From the NCBI GenBank assembly GCA_038883775.1, contig JAVZLM010000005.1, forward strand, positions 96,001 to 160,000: a stretch of 64,000 nucleotides of DNA, read 5' to 3'. Source of the stretch: Candidatus Bathyarchaeia archaeon (GTDB taxonomy: Archaea > Thermoproteota > Bathyarchaeia > Bathyarchaeales > Bathycorpusculaceae). The position numbers and the translations under genes are program-made. Within the stretch, counting starts at the first letter, position 1, and every line of letters starts with the position of its first letter. Positions 1-10,268 of this stretch are shown in pieces. The notes below the pieces were generated by a model. It was not told the origin of the DNA. It did not search any database and saw only the letters and a program-made list of their open reading frames with translations.

Positions 1-3
1 GAT

Positions 4-1911
4 GTGTTGGGGGTTTGGGCTGACCCGATAGCGTGTATGGATGTTTTGGGTTTTGGTCCGTTAGATTTTGATTATGAAAGGCTTCCGCCCGGCGTTAAAC
101 ATCCAAAGTATGTTTTCATGGGGGTTGTTGCTGGCATAGGAAGTTATGGCAATAATATGGGTATTCCAACTGTTAACGGCGCCATATACTTTGATGAAAA
201 CTATGTGGGGAATGTGGTTGTTTATTGTGGATGTGTTGGATTGCTTCCATTGAAAAAGTTTAGGAGAAACGCTAAGCCAAATGACGTTATAGTTTTGGCT
301 GGAGGGAGAACCGGTCGGGATGGCATTCACGGCGTAACCTTTGCATCAGCCGTATTAACAGAAAAGTCAGAAGAGGTTTCGAGACCAGCAGTTCAAATTG
401 CAAATCCTATTGAAGAGGAAAAGCTGAAAAGGGCTATCATTAGAGTTCGAGATTTGGAGTTGGCTTCAGCAATAACGGATTTGGGTGGAGGAGGCTTATC
501 ATCGGCTGTTGGCGAAACAGCAAAGCGGTTTGGTTGCGGCGCTTTTGTTGAGTTGGATAAAGTTCCATTAAAGTATTCTGGTTTGGCGCCTTGGGAAATT
601 TACGTTTCCGAATCCCAAGAGAGGATGCTTTTGGCTGTGCCTCCTGAAAATTTGGAGAAAGTTTTGGAAGTTTTTAAGGGCGAGGATGTGGAGGCTAATG
701 CTATTGGAAAATATACGGCGGATGAAGTTTTAAGAATTTATTATGAAGGCGAAAAAGTTGCTGAAATAGATATTTCATTCCTTTTCGAACCACCCAGGGT
801 CATAAGAACCGCCCATTATAAGCCAAAAATTTTTGAGGAACCATCCTTTCAAGAACCAGGAAACTTGACTGAAACGCTTATGCAACTTTTGTCATCGCCC
901 AACATTGCAAGTAAGGAAAGCGTAATACGCACTTATGACCATGAGGTGAAAGGAAACACTTTGCTTAAGCCCTTGCATGGCGAGTTTGCTGGACCTAACG
1001 ATGCTGCTGTTCTTAAGCCATTGGAGGATTCGTGGAAAGGCTTAGCCATCTCATGTGGGATGAATCCAAATTATGGGAGGATTGATGTTTATTGGATGGC
1101 TGCCTCAGCCATAGACGAGGCTATAAGGAACAATGTGGCTGTTGGCGGCAGAAGAATTGCCTTGCTTGACAATTTCACTTGGGGCGACCCTGAAAAGCCA
1201 GAAATTCTTGGCAGTCTTGTCAGGGCTTGTGAGGCGTGTTATGATTTTGCAACTGCCTTTAAGGCGCCGTTCATTTCTGGAAAGGACAGCCTCTATAATG
1301 AGTCGCCGCTTGGAACGGTTACGCCAACGCTTTTAATAACGGCTTTAGGCATCGTTCCCGATGTTCGTTTGGTTGTTTCTATAGATGTTAAGGATGCTGG
1401 CGACTTAATCTACATTGTTGGGCAAACCTATAAAGAGTTGGGCGGTTCGGAATATTATAGGCTTAAGGGTTTTGTTGGAAATACTGTGCCAAAAGTGCGG
1501 GCAAAACAAGCCAAGAAAACTTTTAGGGCAATTACTAAAGCTGTGGATTTGGGTTTAGTTAAGGCTTGCCATGATTTATCAGAAGGCGGTTTAGGCGTGG
1601 CGGCGGCGGAAATGGCTTTTGCTGGTGGATATGGAATGGAATTACATTTGCAGAAGGTTCCAAGAGAAAATTTGAATCGTGATGATTTCATTTTGTTTTC
1701 TGAGTCTAACAGCCGCTTTTTGGTGGAAGTTTCGCAAAAGGCTAAGGAAGAGTTTGAAGCATTGCTTAGAGGCGTAGTGTATGCTGAAATAGGAAAGGTC
1801 ACAAAAGTTCCAAGGTTATGCGTTTACGGACTAAGCGATAAAGTTGTTGTGGAGGCTTCGTTGAATGATTTGTTGGCAAGTTGGAAAAGAACTCTAAGTA
1901 GCTGGGTTTAG
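4..1911 (+). CDS. purL: Phosphoribosylformylglycinamidine synthase subunit PurL (5' end lies outside the window)
   Basis: DLGGGGL, SESQERM, FISGKDSLYN, HDLSEGG and LFSES motifs; ORF runs from the window edge. Confidence 0.96.
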   Translation: MLGVWADPIACMDVLGFGPLDFDYERLPPGVKHPKYVFMGVVAGIGSYGNNMGIPTVNGAIYFDENYVGNVVVYCGCVGLLPLKKFRRNAKPNDVIVLAGGRTGRDGIHGVTFASAVLTEKSEEVSRPAVQIANPIEEEKLKRAIIRVRDLELASAITDLGGGGLSSAVGETAKRFGCGAFVELDKVPLKYSGLAPWEIYVSESQERMLLAVPPENLEKVLEVFKGEDVEANAIGKYTADEVLRIYYEGEKVAEIDISFLFEPPRVIRTAHYKPKIFEEPSFQEPGNLTETLMQLLSSPNIASKESVIRTYDHEVKGNTLLKPLHGEFAGPNDAAVLKPLEDSWKGLAISCGMNPNYGRIDVYWMAASAIDEAIRNNVAVGGRRIALLDNFTWGDPEKPEILGSLVRACEACYDFATAFKAPFISGKDSLYNESPLGTVTPTLLITALGIVPDVRLVVSIDVKDAGDLIYIVGQTYKELGGSEYYRLKGFVGNTVPKVRAKQAKKTFRAITKAVDLGLVKACHDLSEGGLGVAAAEMAFAGGYGMELHLQKVPRENLNRDDFILFSESNSRFLVEVSQKAKEEFEALLRGVVYAEIGKVTKVPRLCVYGLSDKVVVEASLNDLLASWKRTLSSWV

Positions 1912-1913
1912 AC

Positions 1914-2732
1914 ATGAAGCGGGAAGAGATTAAAGTCTGCGTTTTAAGGGTAGGCGGAACAAACTGCGATGCAGAAACAAAACGGGCTTTTGAAGAGTTA
2001 GGCGTTCAAGCAGAGGTCGTACATGCAAATGAGCTGGTTAAACGCAGAAACCTTTTGGAATATCATGTTCTGGTTTTTCCAGGGGGTTTCTCTTATGGGG
2101 ATTATGTGCGGGCTGGCGCCATATGGGCGAAGTGGATAATGGCAAAATTGGGCAAGGAGCTTAAAGCCTTCGTAGACGAAAACCGCTTAATCCTTGGTAT
2201 TTGTAATGGCTTTCAAGTGCTTGTTGAGGCTGGTTTTCTTCCGGGATTTGATGGAATAAGCCCATATCCAGAAGCGGTTTTGGCAACCAATTTTCCACCA
2301 GGATATAATTGCCGTTGGATTTACATTAAGCACGAAAATAAGGGAAAATGTGCATTTACTTGGAACATTCCACATGAAAAAGTTTTGCGGATTCCCGTTG
2401 CCCATTCAGAGGGCAGATTTATGTTTGCAAAAGAAAAGGAAAAAGAGTTTCTGGAAAGACTTTACGAAAATGACCAGCTGGTCTTTCGCTATTGTGATAA
2501 AAGTGGCGAATATGCTGATGGACGTTTTCCAACAAACCCAAACGGTTCTTTCCATGATATAGCTGGATTATGCAACCTAGAAGGGACTATTTTTGGTTTG
2601 ATGCCGCATCCAGAAAGAGCCTTTTATTGGTGGCAACAGCCAGACTGGACAAGACAAAAGCAAATGCCCCAATACGGCGATGGAAAACTAATTTTCGAAA
2701 GCTTAATTGAATATTTAACGAAGAAGTTTTAA
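1914..2732 (+). CDS. purQ: FGAM synthase glutaminase subunit PurQ
   Basis: GTNCD, PGGFSYGDY, GICNGFQ and MPHPER motifs. Confidence 0.97.
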   Translation: MKREEIKVCVLRVGGTNCDAETKRAFEELGVQAEVVHANELVKRRNLLEYHVLVFPGGFSYGDYVRAGAIWAKWIMAKLGKELKAFVDENRLILGICNGFQVLVEAGFLPGFDGISPYPEAVLATNFPPGYNCRWIYIKHENKGKCAFTWNIPHEKVLRIPVAHSEGRFMFAKEKEKEFLERLYENDQLVFRYCDKSGEYADGRFPTNPNGSFHDIAGLCNLEGTIFGLMPHPERAFYWWQQPDWTRQKQMPQYGDGKLIFESLIEYLTKKF

Positions 2733-3629
2733 ATCCTCCACATGCGGAAGCCCTGTTCTGGCACCCATTTTCATTATACACTTTGAAGCTACAAAATTGC
2801 CAAGTCTTCCGCATTCATACAAACTTTTACCATTAATAAGACCATATAGGAAACCTGCACAGAAAGCATCACCAGCGCCCGTTGTATCTACAACTTTTAC
2901 GTTAAAGCGGTTTATTTGGTGACTTTCCCGTCCATCAGTAACATAACAGCCCTTATTGCCAAGTTTTACGGCAACTATTTTAACGCCTTTTTCAAGCAGA
3001 AACTTTGCGCCTTTCTTGTAATCTTTAACTTTGGTTAGGAGTTCAAGTTCCCTTTGATTTGGCATCAAAACAAAAGCACGCCTTATTATGGGCTCTAATG
3101 CAGCTAATCCTTTTCTGGCGTATAATTCGCCTGGGTCAAGGCTAACCTTAACATTTTCTGGCAACATCTCAACAAGCCTTAGCTGGGTTTGGAAGGATTT
3201 TTCTCCAACAAAAGAGGTTAAATGCAAAAATTGCGCGTTGAAGGCGTAATCCTTGTTTATTTCGTTAAACTCTATTGCGTCGTTCACACCTGGGTCCACA
3301 TATAATGCTCTTTCGCCATTTTGGTCTACGAAACCCATAACTGTCCCGCTTCTGCCATCTTTTGCGTAGATTATGCCCTTTGTGTCGACGCCTTCCCTTC
3401 GAAAATCTTCAATTAGCATTTTTCCTTCCCTATCGTTGGCTACCTTTCCTATAAAACCCACTTTGCAGCCGAGCCTTGCCAAGCCCACAGTGGTGTTTGC
3501 TGCCGAGCCTCCGCACCATTCTTCACAGTTTATAATGAAGCCTTCTTCTTCAGCCCCAGCTATTTTGTTCACTCTGAACAGCTTATCTACATTCAAGGCA
3601 CCGAATCCTACTACGTCAAAGGTGCTCAT
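2715..3629 (-). CDS. PfkB/ribokinase-family carbohydrate or nucleoside kinase
   Basis: [15 protein letters not shown] and DTTGAGDAF PfkB signatures; start overlaps the stop of the ftr-like gene by 4 bp. Confidence 0.93.
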   Translation of the reverse strand: MSTFDVVGFGALNVDKLFRVNKIAGAEEEGFIINCEEWCGGSAANTTVGLARLGCKVGFIGKVANDREGKMLIEDFRREGVDTKGIIYAKDGRSGTVMGFVDQNGERALYVDPGVNDAIEFNEINKDYAFNAQFLHLTSFVGEKSFQTQLRLVEMLPENVKVSLDPGELYARKGLAALEPIIRRAFVLMPNQRELELLTKVKDYKKGAKFLLEKGVKIVAVKLGNKGCYVTDGRESHQINRFNVKVVDTTGAGDAFCAGFLYGLINGKSLYECGRLGNFVASKCIMKMGARTGLPHVEDLKLLR

Positions 3630-4537
3630 GAAAACAGCTCACGCAAATAAATCTTATAATCGCCAAGTTTTCCGTCATAATTTCCAGCGGAAACCTTCAC
3701 CACGCCATCCACTTCTAATACTGCTTCTATGCCAGCCCGCATAGCCCTTTTTATAGCTTCAAGCGAAACGCCATTAATCACGATTTCTGGAATATAATTG
3801 ACGCCTTCTGGAACCTTTGATTCCTTGTCTAACTTCTTTTTTAGGGATGGGCAGTAGGGATGGTTTGTTGTCGGTCCAATCCATGGAAAACTTGTTTCAG
3901 GCTTGGAACCAGCACTGCAAACGTCAAAAGGCGTTATTACACCATCAATTTTGTGTATTGCCTCTAAGGCTTTTTCTCCAGCCTTTTTTAGGGCTTCTTT
4001 TGTTTTGCACATGACCCAAAAGTTTGCACCCATAACGCCACGAGCATAGCCTAGATAGCGTTCGATAATGAAGTCTGGAACCATTATGGGAACAACGATA
4101 ACCTCACGCCCAAAGCGTTTTTCAACCCACTCATAGCCATCTCCACAGTGTCCAACACGCTCCATCATGTCAATTTTACCCTCAGCATTTGACGTTGCAT
4201 CAAAAACCGCCGTAAAAGGCTTAACAAGAATGTCTTGACGAATTCGATAAGAAAGCTCAACTTCAAACTTCTTTAGGGAATCTGAAAAGGGCTTTTTAGG
4301 GTCTATTCCACCCCAAAACTGGAGCAAAGCACCTTCACGCTTGTCTGGAGTTTCCCTTTCGCTTAACCATTTTTCTATTCCACCTTCAACTCTACCAATG
4401 ACTATGGACGGCGTTGCCGTGGCATCTTCAGCAGCCCTTCGCAATGTTTCTCCATCATCAGCCGTAACAATTATTCTGGAGAAGATTCCCTCGAAAGCCT
4501 CGGCGTAAGTGTCTTCTACAAGTTCTTTACCAATCAA
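3626..4537 (-). CDS. ftr: Formylmethanofuran:tetrahydromethanopterin formyltransferase-like protein (Ftr paralog)
   Basis: EDTYAEAF N-terminus, [35 protein letters not shown] and [10 protein letters not shown] match Ftr family motifs. Confidence 0.88.
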   Translation of the reverse strand: MIGKELVEDTYAEAFEGIFSRIIVTADDGETLRRAAEDATATPSIVIGRVEGGIEKWLSERETPDKREGALLQFWGGIDPKKPFSDSLKKFEVELSYRIRQDILVKPFTAVFDATSNAEGKIDMMERVGHCGDGYEWVEKRFGREVIVVPIMVPDFIIERYLGYARGVMGANFWVMCKTKEALKKAGEKALEAIHKIDGVITPFDVCSAGSKPETSFPWIGPTTNHPYCPSLKKKLDKESKVPEGVNYIPEIVINGVSLEAIKRAMRAGIEAVLEVDGVVKVSAGNYDGKLGDYKIYLRELFS

Positions 4538-4569
4538 CTTTTAATCTCCTAAAGCGGTCGTCTAGCGGA

Positions 4570-5547
4570 TTATTTTATTTTGGCGATTTCAGTTATTAAA
4601 TCTTCAACTCTAATATACGCCAAAGATAACTGGAAACGGGCTTGTACCAGAGGCGTTTGATAAATATGATAAAGTGTGTTGTTAACGATTAGGTTTGTGG
4701 AGCCTGATGGCAGTTCGCTGTAGTTTTCGTCTTGGAAAAAGTTCTTTTTTGCAATATCCCAGTATTTGAGGTCGCCTGAAGAGTATAGGTCATAGCCTGT
4801 TCCATTCCATATTCCTAGCATCATGTACCATTTTGAATCCAAATAGAACAGTGTTGGGTTTTCAAGGATTCCAGTAACAGCTATTTTTGTGTAATTCCAT
4901 TGCATTCCAAGGCTTTTGGCAGTTGCCAAGTGCACTCCATATTTTGCGGCTGATATCAGCATGTAATAGGTGTCTTCCAATTTCAGTATGTAAGGGTCCC
5001 AGCCTAGATTCGGTGCGAGGGGTTCTGGCATATCTTCCACTGTTAAATAGCCATGGTCAGTGAAAGTTGAGGGGTTTTTAATGTCTATTCCAACAGCTAA
5101 TCCAAGTCTTGAAAAGTTAATGTCTTTTTCAACGATGTTTTTCCAGTCGCTATAGTAAAGGTAGAATTTTCCATCGTCTGGGTTGTATATGCAGTAAGGC
5201 GCTATTTTCCCATCCATTTGTATGGGCGTGAAGCCAACAAAATTGTAGGTATGCAAATCCCTGGTCCTTATGACGCCGGTAAGCCATCTGCCGTCTGTTT
5301 TATTAACTGACAATACAATGTAATAGAAGCCTTCGTTATCTCTGAAAGCTGTGTGGTTTGGGTACCGCACAAACTCTGGGTCTTTCACGCTGTGCATGTT
5401 CGGTATGTTTATGGTTATGGCGCCACAGTAAACCCACTTTGTTGGCTGTTTTCTAATTATTAGGTAAAATGCTGTGAGAGTCGCTGCGAGAGCAATGATT
5501 ATGATGGCTGCCACAATAATCCATTCACGTTTACCCGACGAGACCAA
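4570..5547 (-). CDS. Membrane-anchored glycoside hydrolase-like protein (five-bladed beta-propeller, GH43/GH32/GH130-like)
   Basis: N-terminal TM helix; repeated KDP / APY / WDPY / ENPT blade motifs, DGKFYLYYS, SGDLKYW. Confidence 0.6.
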   Translation of the reverse strand: MVSSGKREWIIVAAIIIIALAATLTAFYLIIRKQPTKWVYCGAITINIPNMHSVKDPEFVRYPNHTAFRDNEGFYYIVLSVNKTDGRWLTGVIRTRDLHTYNFVGFTPIQMDGKIAPYCIYNPDDGKFYLYYSDWKNIVEKDINFSRLGLAVGIDIKNPSTFTDHGYLTVEDMPEPLAPNLGWDPYILKLEDTYYMLISAAKYGVHLATAKSLGMQWNYTKIAVTGILENPTLFYLDSKWYMMLGIWNGTGYDLYSSGDLKYWDIAKKNFFQDENYSELPSGSTNLIVNNTLYHIYQTPLVQARFQLSLAYIRVEDLITEIAKIK

Positions 5548-5550
5548 CTT

Positions 5551-6633
5551 TTATCCAAGCCTTCCTATGGCCTCGCCTCTTACCGTTTTACGAAAGGTTG
5601 TGCTTTCCCTTATCAGCCTTTCCATATTATCAGCTTTCACAATCTCAACTGAGGGCAATTTGCCACCATGCATGTTGAAAAACATGGTTTTGAGTTTGGC
5701 GTTTACATCGGCGCTTCCAAGCGTGGAAGTACTCCAATTTTCCACAAGCTCAATAACTCCTCTTTTGCCGTATTTGCAGAAAACCTCCGCCAGCACCGCA
5801 GTTACAAGTGCATTGGCAGATATGACGGCTATTTCCGCCTCTTTTACAGCATATTCGTTGCCGTTGAAGGATATGGTTAAGCCCCCAGCATGGCGAACTG
5901 TTTTGAAGGCTTCCATGTCCGTTATGCTGTCGCCAACATAAATAACATCCGCCAGTTCTGCACTAACTTTTTTAGCTGCATCTTTTACTGCTTCGGCTTT
6001 TTCGCTTCCTCCAACTGGATTGACTTCAGAGAAAATTTTGCCAATCTCCATTTTAGCGATAACTTCCCAGAAAATTTCGTCTAGCCGACCAATTAGTTCT
6101 TGGTCTCTTTTAGAAAAGTCGCTTAGAGCTTTTGCATCGGGAGGAATCTCGATTAAAGGCATCTTAACAATTTCCTCTGCCAATTCTTTCAGTTCGCTTC
6201 TTTCCTTCTCCGTTATGGAGTATTTGTCGAGGCATAGCCTTGTGGAGTAGGTGTTTTCGTATGGAAAATTCAGGGCTTGACATAAGGCTTCTATGTAATG
6301 CTGATAGCTCGTGCTAACAATAAAGGCATTGGTTATATTTCTTATATAAGACAGCATGTCCTTCACATTGGCAATTAAAAGTAGGCTCTTGGCAGAAAAA
6401 GTTCGCATTTTAGCGTCGGTAACATCATAAGCCTTTAAGAAGGGCAAAATAAGCTTTAAGGTGTCTCCAGCCTTATAGTTTGGTCTTTTTAGGATTTCTG
6501 CCAAAACATCATCATATTTGCTTATAACCGTGAAGAGTTTGCCTCCGTTTGGAACATAGTGAAATGTTATTTCGAAGGCATTATCATTTTTTGAGATTGG
6601 CCCTTCACAGTCTGATATGAAAACTCTTTTCAC
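5551..6633 (-). CDS. HAD-superfamily predicted phosphatase (COG4030 / EhaR-like)
   Basis: FISDCEGP (motif I variant), VSTSY, conserved K in GSEKA, YVGDSITD; 4-bp overlap with the purD stop. Confidence 0.8.
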   Translation of the reverse strand: MKRVFISDCEGPISKNDNAFEITFHYVPNGGKLFTVISKYDDVLAEILKRPNYKAGDTLKLILPFLKAYDVTDAKMRTFSAKSLLLIANVKDMLSYIRNITNAFIVSTSYQHYIEALCQALNFPYENTYSTRLCLDKYSITEKERSELKELAEEIVKMPLIEIPPDAKALSDFSKRDQELIGRLDEIFWEVIAKMEIGKIFSEVNPVGGSEKAEAVKDAAKKVSAELADVIYVGDSITDMEAFKTVRHAGGLTISFNGNEYAVKEAEIAVISANALVTAVLAEVFCKYGKRGVIELVENWSTSTLGSADVNAKLKTMFFNMHGGKLPSVEIVKADNMERLIRESTTFRKTVRGEAIGRLG

Positions 6634-8036
6634 TTTCGAAGCCTCAACTTCTCCATATGCCTAACGCTTTTTCCTATATGCTTTTTAGAGGCTATGTCTT
6701 TTCTATGCCACAAAGCTCCGCCTTTAATGGCTTTTATGCCTTCCAAAGAAATTTTTCTAGCAGTTTCTATGTCGTCGCCTATGCCCACAACGCCCACGGC
6801 TCTTGATTTAAGGGCGTAAGTTTCGTTGTTGCGGAATTCCATGGAGGCGGGATAGATGCGGATTTTTTCGCCATGCTTTTTGGATAGTTCGTAAGCCTTT
6901 GTTAGGTCGACTGGTGTGCCAATTTCATTTTTGTCGACAAGTTTTGGAAAAGCGTCTATGTATCCGCCGTAGTTTGGCGGAACCTTGTAGGTGACAACAG
7001 TTGCAGCATTTTCTAATTCAATCTTTGTCAAATTTCCTTCCAAAATTTTGAAGCACACGTCCACAAAATCATCTTTTAAAACCGGTAGAATGTTGATTAT
7101 TTCTGGGTCGCCTGGTCTGCTGTTGTTTTCAAGAATTTTCGGTTCCTTGCCCGTGTGCATAAAAGCCACATAGAACGGAATACCTCTTAGGCTGTCGCCA
7201 TCTTTAACCTCCCACTTTTCAAAAATTCGCCTAACAATTTCAACTTCCTTAGCCCTATCAGCATGAGTCATAAAAGGCAAAACATCGCCAACATCCTTAT
7301 AAGAACCCATACCGCCAGTGTTAGGACCCTTGTCATCGTCGAAGGCTCGCTTATAATCCCTCGTTTCTGGCAACGGCACCAAGTGTTTGCCGTCACAGAA
7401 GGCTTGAAAACTTGATTCTTCTCCCTCAATTTTCTCTTCAATTATTACTGCACCATGCTGAAAATTTGCCATAAAATGCTCAAACAATTGTTCTCGCGTG
7501 GTAAAGTGGTCTCCCCATACGCCCACGCCTTTTCCAGCTGCTGGTTGGTCTGGTTTAACCACAGCCCTATTTTCAAGCTCGTCCAACCATTCGTAAACAG
7601 CTTTTTTCACTTCTCGGGTTTTGTAATTTTTTGGGTTGAAAATTTTGAAGCGAGGGTTTACTTCTGGCGCAATTTTTTGGAATAGTAGGCGCTGCTGCAC
7701 TTTGCTTGCTTCTATGGCATATTCCTTTTTTGGGCAGATGATGGGTATGCCAGTGTGCTTTTCTACAAGGTCGCGGACGCCATCAATTATGGGTTTTTCT
7801 GGTCCAACAATGCCAAAGTCAATTTCGTCCCTATTGTTTTCTGCGAATTTGCAAATTTCCTCCACGTTTAAGTCTGGAATAACCATGTGCTTTGCTGCCT
7901 TTTTGACGTTAAAGGGATTGCGTTGTTTATCAACAACAAAAACCTTCACCTCATAATTTGTGCTTCGTGTGAAAGCGTCTATCATGGCAGATTCTCTTGC
8001 ACCGTAAGAAACAACGAGGATGCCAACTTTCTCCAT
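6630..8036 (-). CDS. purD: Phosphoribosylamine--glycine ligase
   Basis: GARE, VGPE, AAGKGV, IEEKIEGEE, DYKRAFDDDKGPNTGGMG, RPGDPE. Confidence 0.93.
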   Translation of the reverse strand: MEKVGILVVSYGARESAMIDAFTRSTNYEVKVFVVDKQRNPFNVKKAAKHMVIPDLNVEEICKFAENNRDEIDFGIVGPEKPIIDGVRDLVEKHTGIPIICPKKEYAIEASKVQQRLLFQKIAPEVNPRFKIFNPKNYKTREVKKAVYEWLDELENRAVVKPDQPAAGKGVGVWGDHFTTREQLFEHFMANFQHGAVIIEEKIEGEESSFQAFCDGKHLVPLPETRDYKRAFDDDKGPNTGGMGSYKDVGDVLPFMTHADRAKEVEIVRRIFEKWEVKDGDSLRGIPFYVAFMHTGKEPKILENNSRPGDPEIINILPVLKDDFVDVCFKILEGNLTKIELENAATVVTYKVPPNYGGYIDAFPKLVDKNEIGTPVDLTKAYELSKKHGEKIRIYPASMEFRNNETYALKSRAVGVVGIGDDIETARKISLEGIKAIKGGALWHRKDIASKKHIGKSVRHMEKLRLRK

Positions 8037-8092
8037 TTCATGCTCCCGCTAGTTTAACGAAAATGAGTTTGAAGCCTATTTTATTTTTGGCT

Positions 8093-9580
8093 TTAGGCTT
8101 TTTGGATGGCTTCAGATATCTCGTAAAGCCTTCCCTGTTCCTCGTAGCCTTCAAGGAATTTCTTCTTCATCTCATCCGCAATTTTTTGCGCTAATGGTGT
8201 GGGATATTTGCCCGTTACACATGCCAAACAAAGTTGGTCACGACGGAACCCTGTGGCTTTTACGAAACCTTCTATTGACTGGTAGCAGACGGCATCAGCG
8301 CCTATTATTTTTGCTATTTCTTCCGCCGTATGCCTTGAGCCTATTAATTGCCCATAAGTTGCCATGTCTATTCCATAGAAGCATGGTCCAATGATGCGGG
8401 GAAAAGTTACAAACATGTAAACTTTCTTTGCGCCCATTCTGCGAAGTTTCTCTATAACAATTTTTGTTGTGTCGCCGCGCACTATGCTATCTTCTGTCAC
8501 TATGACACGTTTTCCTTTAACTTTAGAGGCTATAATGTTAATTTTTCTGTCTATGGTTGCATAACGCTCCCTATTTAGCAGTATAAAGGCTCTTTCTGTT
8601 ACAAAACGATGCCTCCGTGAAGCCCTCTCCCACTTTAGCCCAGACTCTTCGTGAACTCCGAAGGCTGCATCATCGCCCGTTTCTGGAATGGATATGACTA
8701 TGTCTGCGTTTTTGGCTATTTCTGGATTTTCTCTAACAAGGTTTCTTCCAAACTCTTCTCGAACTTCGTAAACATATTTGTTATCAAAGCATGAGTCGGG
8801 TCTAGCGAAATATGCAAATTCGAAAGCGCAGAAAGCCCTGCATCCGCCATTCACCAATTTTTCTCTTTCAAGTCCATTTTTTGAAACTGTTACGAGTTCG
8901 CCTGGCTCAATTTCAAAAGCTTTCTTAAAGCCGTTTATGTCTAAACCTACGGTTTCTGAAGAGAAAGCGTAAGTTGTCTTGTCTTCGCTTTGTCCAGCGC
9001 ATAATGGTCTAATGCCATTTTGGTCTTTGAAGGCGAAGAACTCACCGTTTTTTGTGATGCAAGCTACAGAAAAGGCGCCTTCAATTTCTTCCATGCACGT
9101 TTTTACTGCTGATGTAACATCCTTATTCTTCACCAACTCAATTAAAAGCTTGTGAGAAATGAGGTCTGCATCGCATTCGTAAGAAAATTTTGGAAAATAT
9201 TTGCTTATTTCCTTTTTAAGTTGAAATATGTTAACAACATTACCATTAAAAGAAACAGCCACAGCAAACCCATTTTTTAAAGCGGTAACTGGTTGAGTGC
9301 CCTTTATAAGGGATTTTTCGTCGCATTTTCCAGAAGTCGTATATCTAACGTTTGCTATGCCCACACTTCCAGGTAAACGTCCAAACCATTCTTGGATGGC
9401 GCTTGTCTTTATTTTTGGTATTAAGTCTAAGCTTCGGTGAACATGAAATTTTCCATGATCAAATGTTAAGAAGCCATGAGATTGGTGTCCTCTGTGGTTT
9501 TGAGCGCGCATTCCCCAGTAGATGTATGGGAATATGGGCTGTTCTTCAAAGTTTATTGCTCCAAATACGCCACAACCCAT
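8093..9580 (-). CDS. purF: Amidophosphoribosyltransferase (divergent)
   Basis: CGVFG near the N-terminus, CAFEFAYFARPDS, EDSIVRGDT PRPP loop, PCFYGID, CLAC Fe-S cysteines. Confidence 0.9.
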   Translation of the reverse strand: MGCGVFGAINFEEQPIFPYIYWGMRAQNHRGHQSHGFLTFDHGKFHVHRSLDLIPKIKTSAIQEWFGRLPGSVGIANVRYTTSGKCDEKSLIKGTQPVTALKNGFAVAVSFNGNVVNIFQLKKEISKYFPKFSYECDADLISHKLLIELVKNKDVTSAVKTCMEEIEGAFSVACITKNGEFFAFKDQNGIRPLCAGQSEDKTTYAFSSETVGLDINGFKKAFEIEPGELVTVSKNGLEREKLVNGGCRAFCAFEFAYFARPDSCFDNKYVYEVREEFGRNLVRENPEIAKNADIVISIPETGDDAAFGVHEESGLKWERASRRHRFVTERAFILLNRERYATIDRKINIIASKVKGKRVIVTEDSIVRGDTTKIVIEKLRRMGAKKVYMFVTFPRIIGPCFYGIDMATYGQLIGSRHTAEEIAKIIGADAVCYQSIEGFVKATGFRRDQLCLACVTGKYPTPLAQKIADEMKKKFLEGYEEQGRLYEISEAIQKA

Positions 9581-9692
9581 TTTGGCCTTTCGCCCCTTGT
9601 TGCGAATAAAGAAGTTGGTGTTTATCAGTTTTTATGACATTTTTAACTAAAAAATATGTTAAATTTTACAGAACGAATGCCAACTGCCGCTT

Positions 9693-10127
9693 TTATTTTA
9701 CCGTGCTTGAGGTTATTGTTAGCTCTGCTCCTGAAATGACGTGAATCCACCAGCTCAGCGCAGTAAAAGAGTCATTGTAATAGACTATTAAGCGTGCTAT
9801 GGAGTTTATTGGAGCATCGCATGGAACGGTGCCATTCCATGTTAAAGTTTTTGTCTTGCATGGTTTAAGGGTTAAAGTTTGCGGCGTTCCACTCCAAGTC
9901 CAAGTTTCGCCTTCAAAGGCTATGTTAACAGACCATGTTCCTTCGCATTTTCCAGTATTCTTGAAAACTATTTTCACGGTGAAAGCCTCACATGGCGTTT
10001 TGTCAACAACGCCGCCGTCTTCACATGCAAAACAAAGCCATTGCGTTTCTTCTGAACGTATAGTTGAAAGGCTAAGTGTAAGAAGCAAAGCAGCTATAGC
10101 AAAAGATAGAAGATAATATCTTTTCAT
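9693..10127 (-). CDS. Secreted protein with Ig-like (CARDB-like) beta-sandwich
   Basis: Signal peptide MKRYYLLSFAIAALLLTLSLS from an internal ATG at 10127 preceded by GGAG; pattern VKIVFKNTG...LTLKP.KTKTLTW. Confidence 0.55.
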   Translation of the reverse strand: MKRYYLLSFAIAALLLTLSLSTIRSEETQWLCFACEDGGVVDKTPCEAFTVKIVFKNTGKCEGTWSVNIAFEGETWTWSGTPQTLTLKPCKTKTLTWNGTVPCDAPINSIARLIVYYNDSFTALSWWIHVISGAELTITSSTVK

Positions 10128-10268
10128 GTTTCTCTCCTTTCCTCCACAATAATAATTTGCAAGCTCCTCTTTATCCATTCTGTAATATACCTCTATAAAA
10201 TAAAACAAGAAAAATCCTAGAGAGGGTAGGCGCTATTGCAATGGAAAAGCGCCAAAAATATGAAGAAT

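Noticed and set aside
3626-6633. Treating ftr and the EhaR-like gene as evidence of a methanogenesis or hydrogenase locus
   Set aside because: No fwd, mch, mtd, mcr or hydrogenase subunit genes are in the window; the context is purine biosynthesis.
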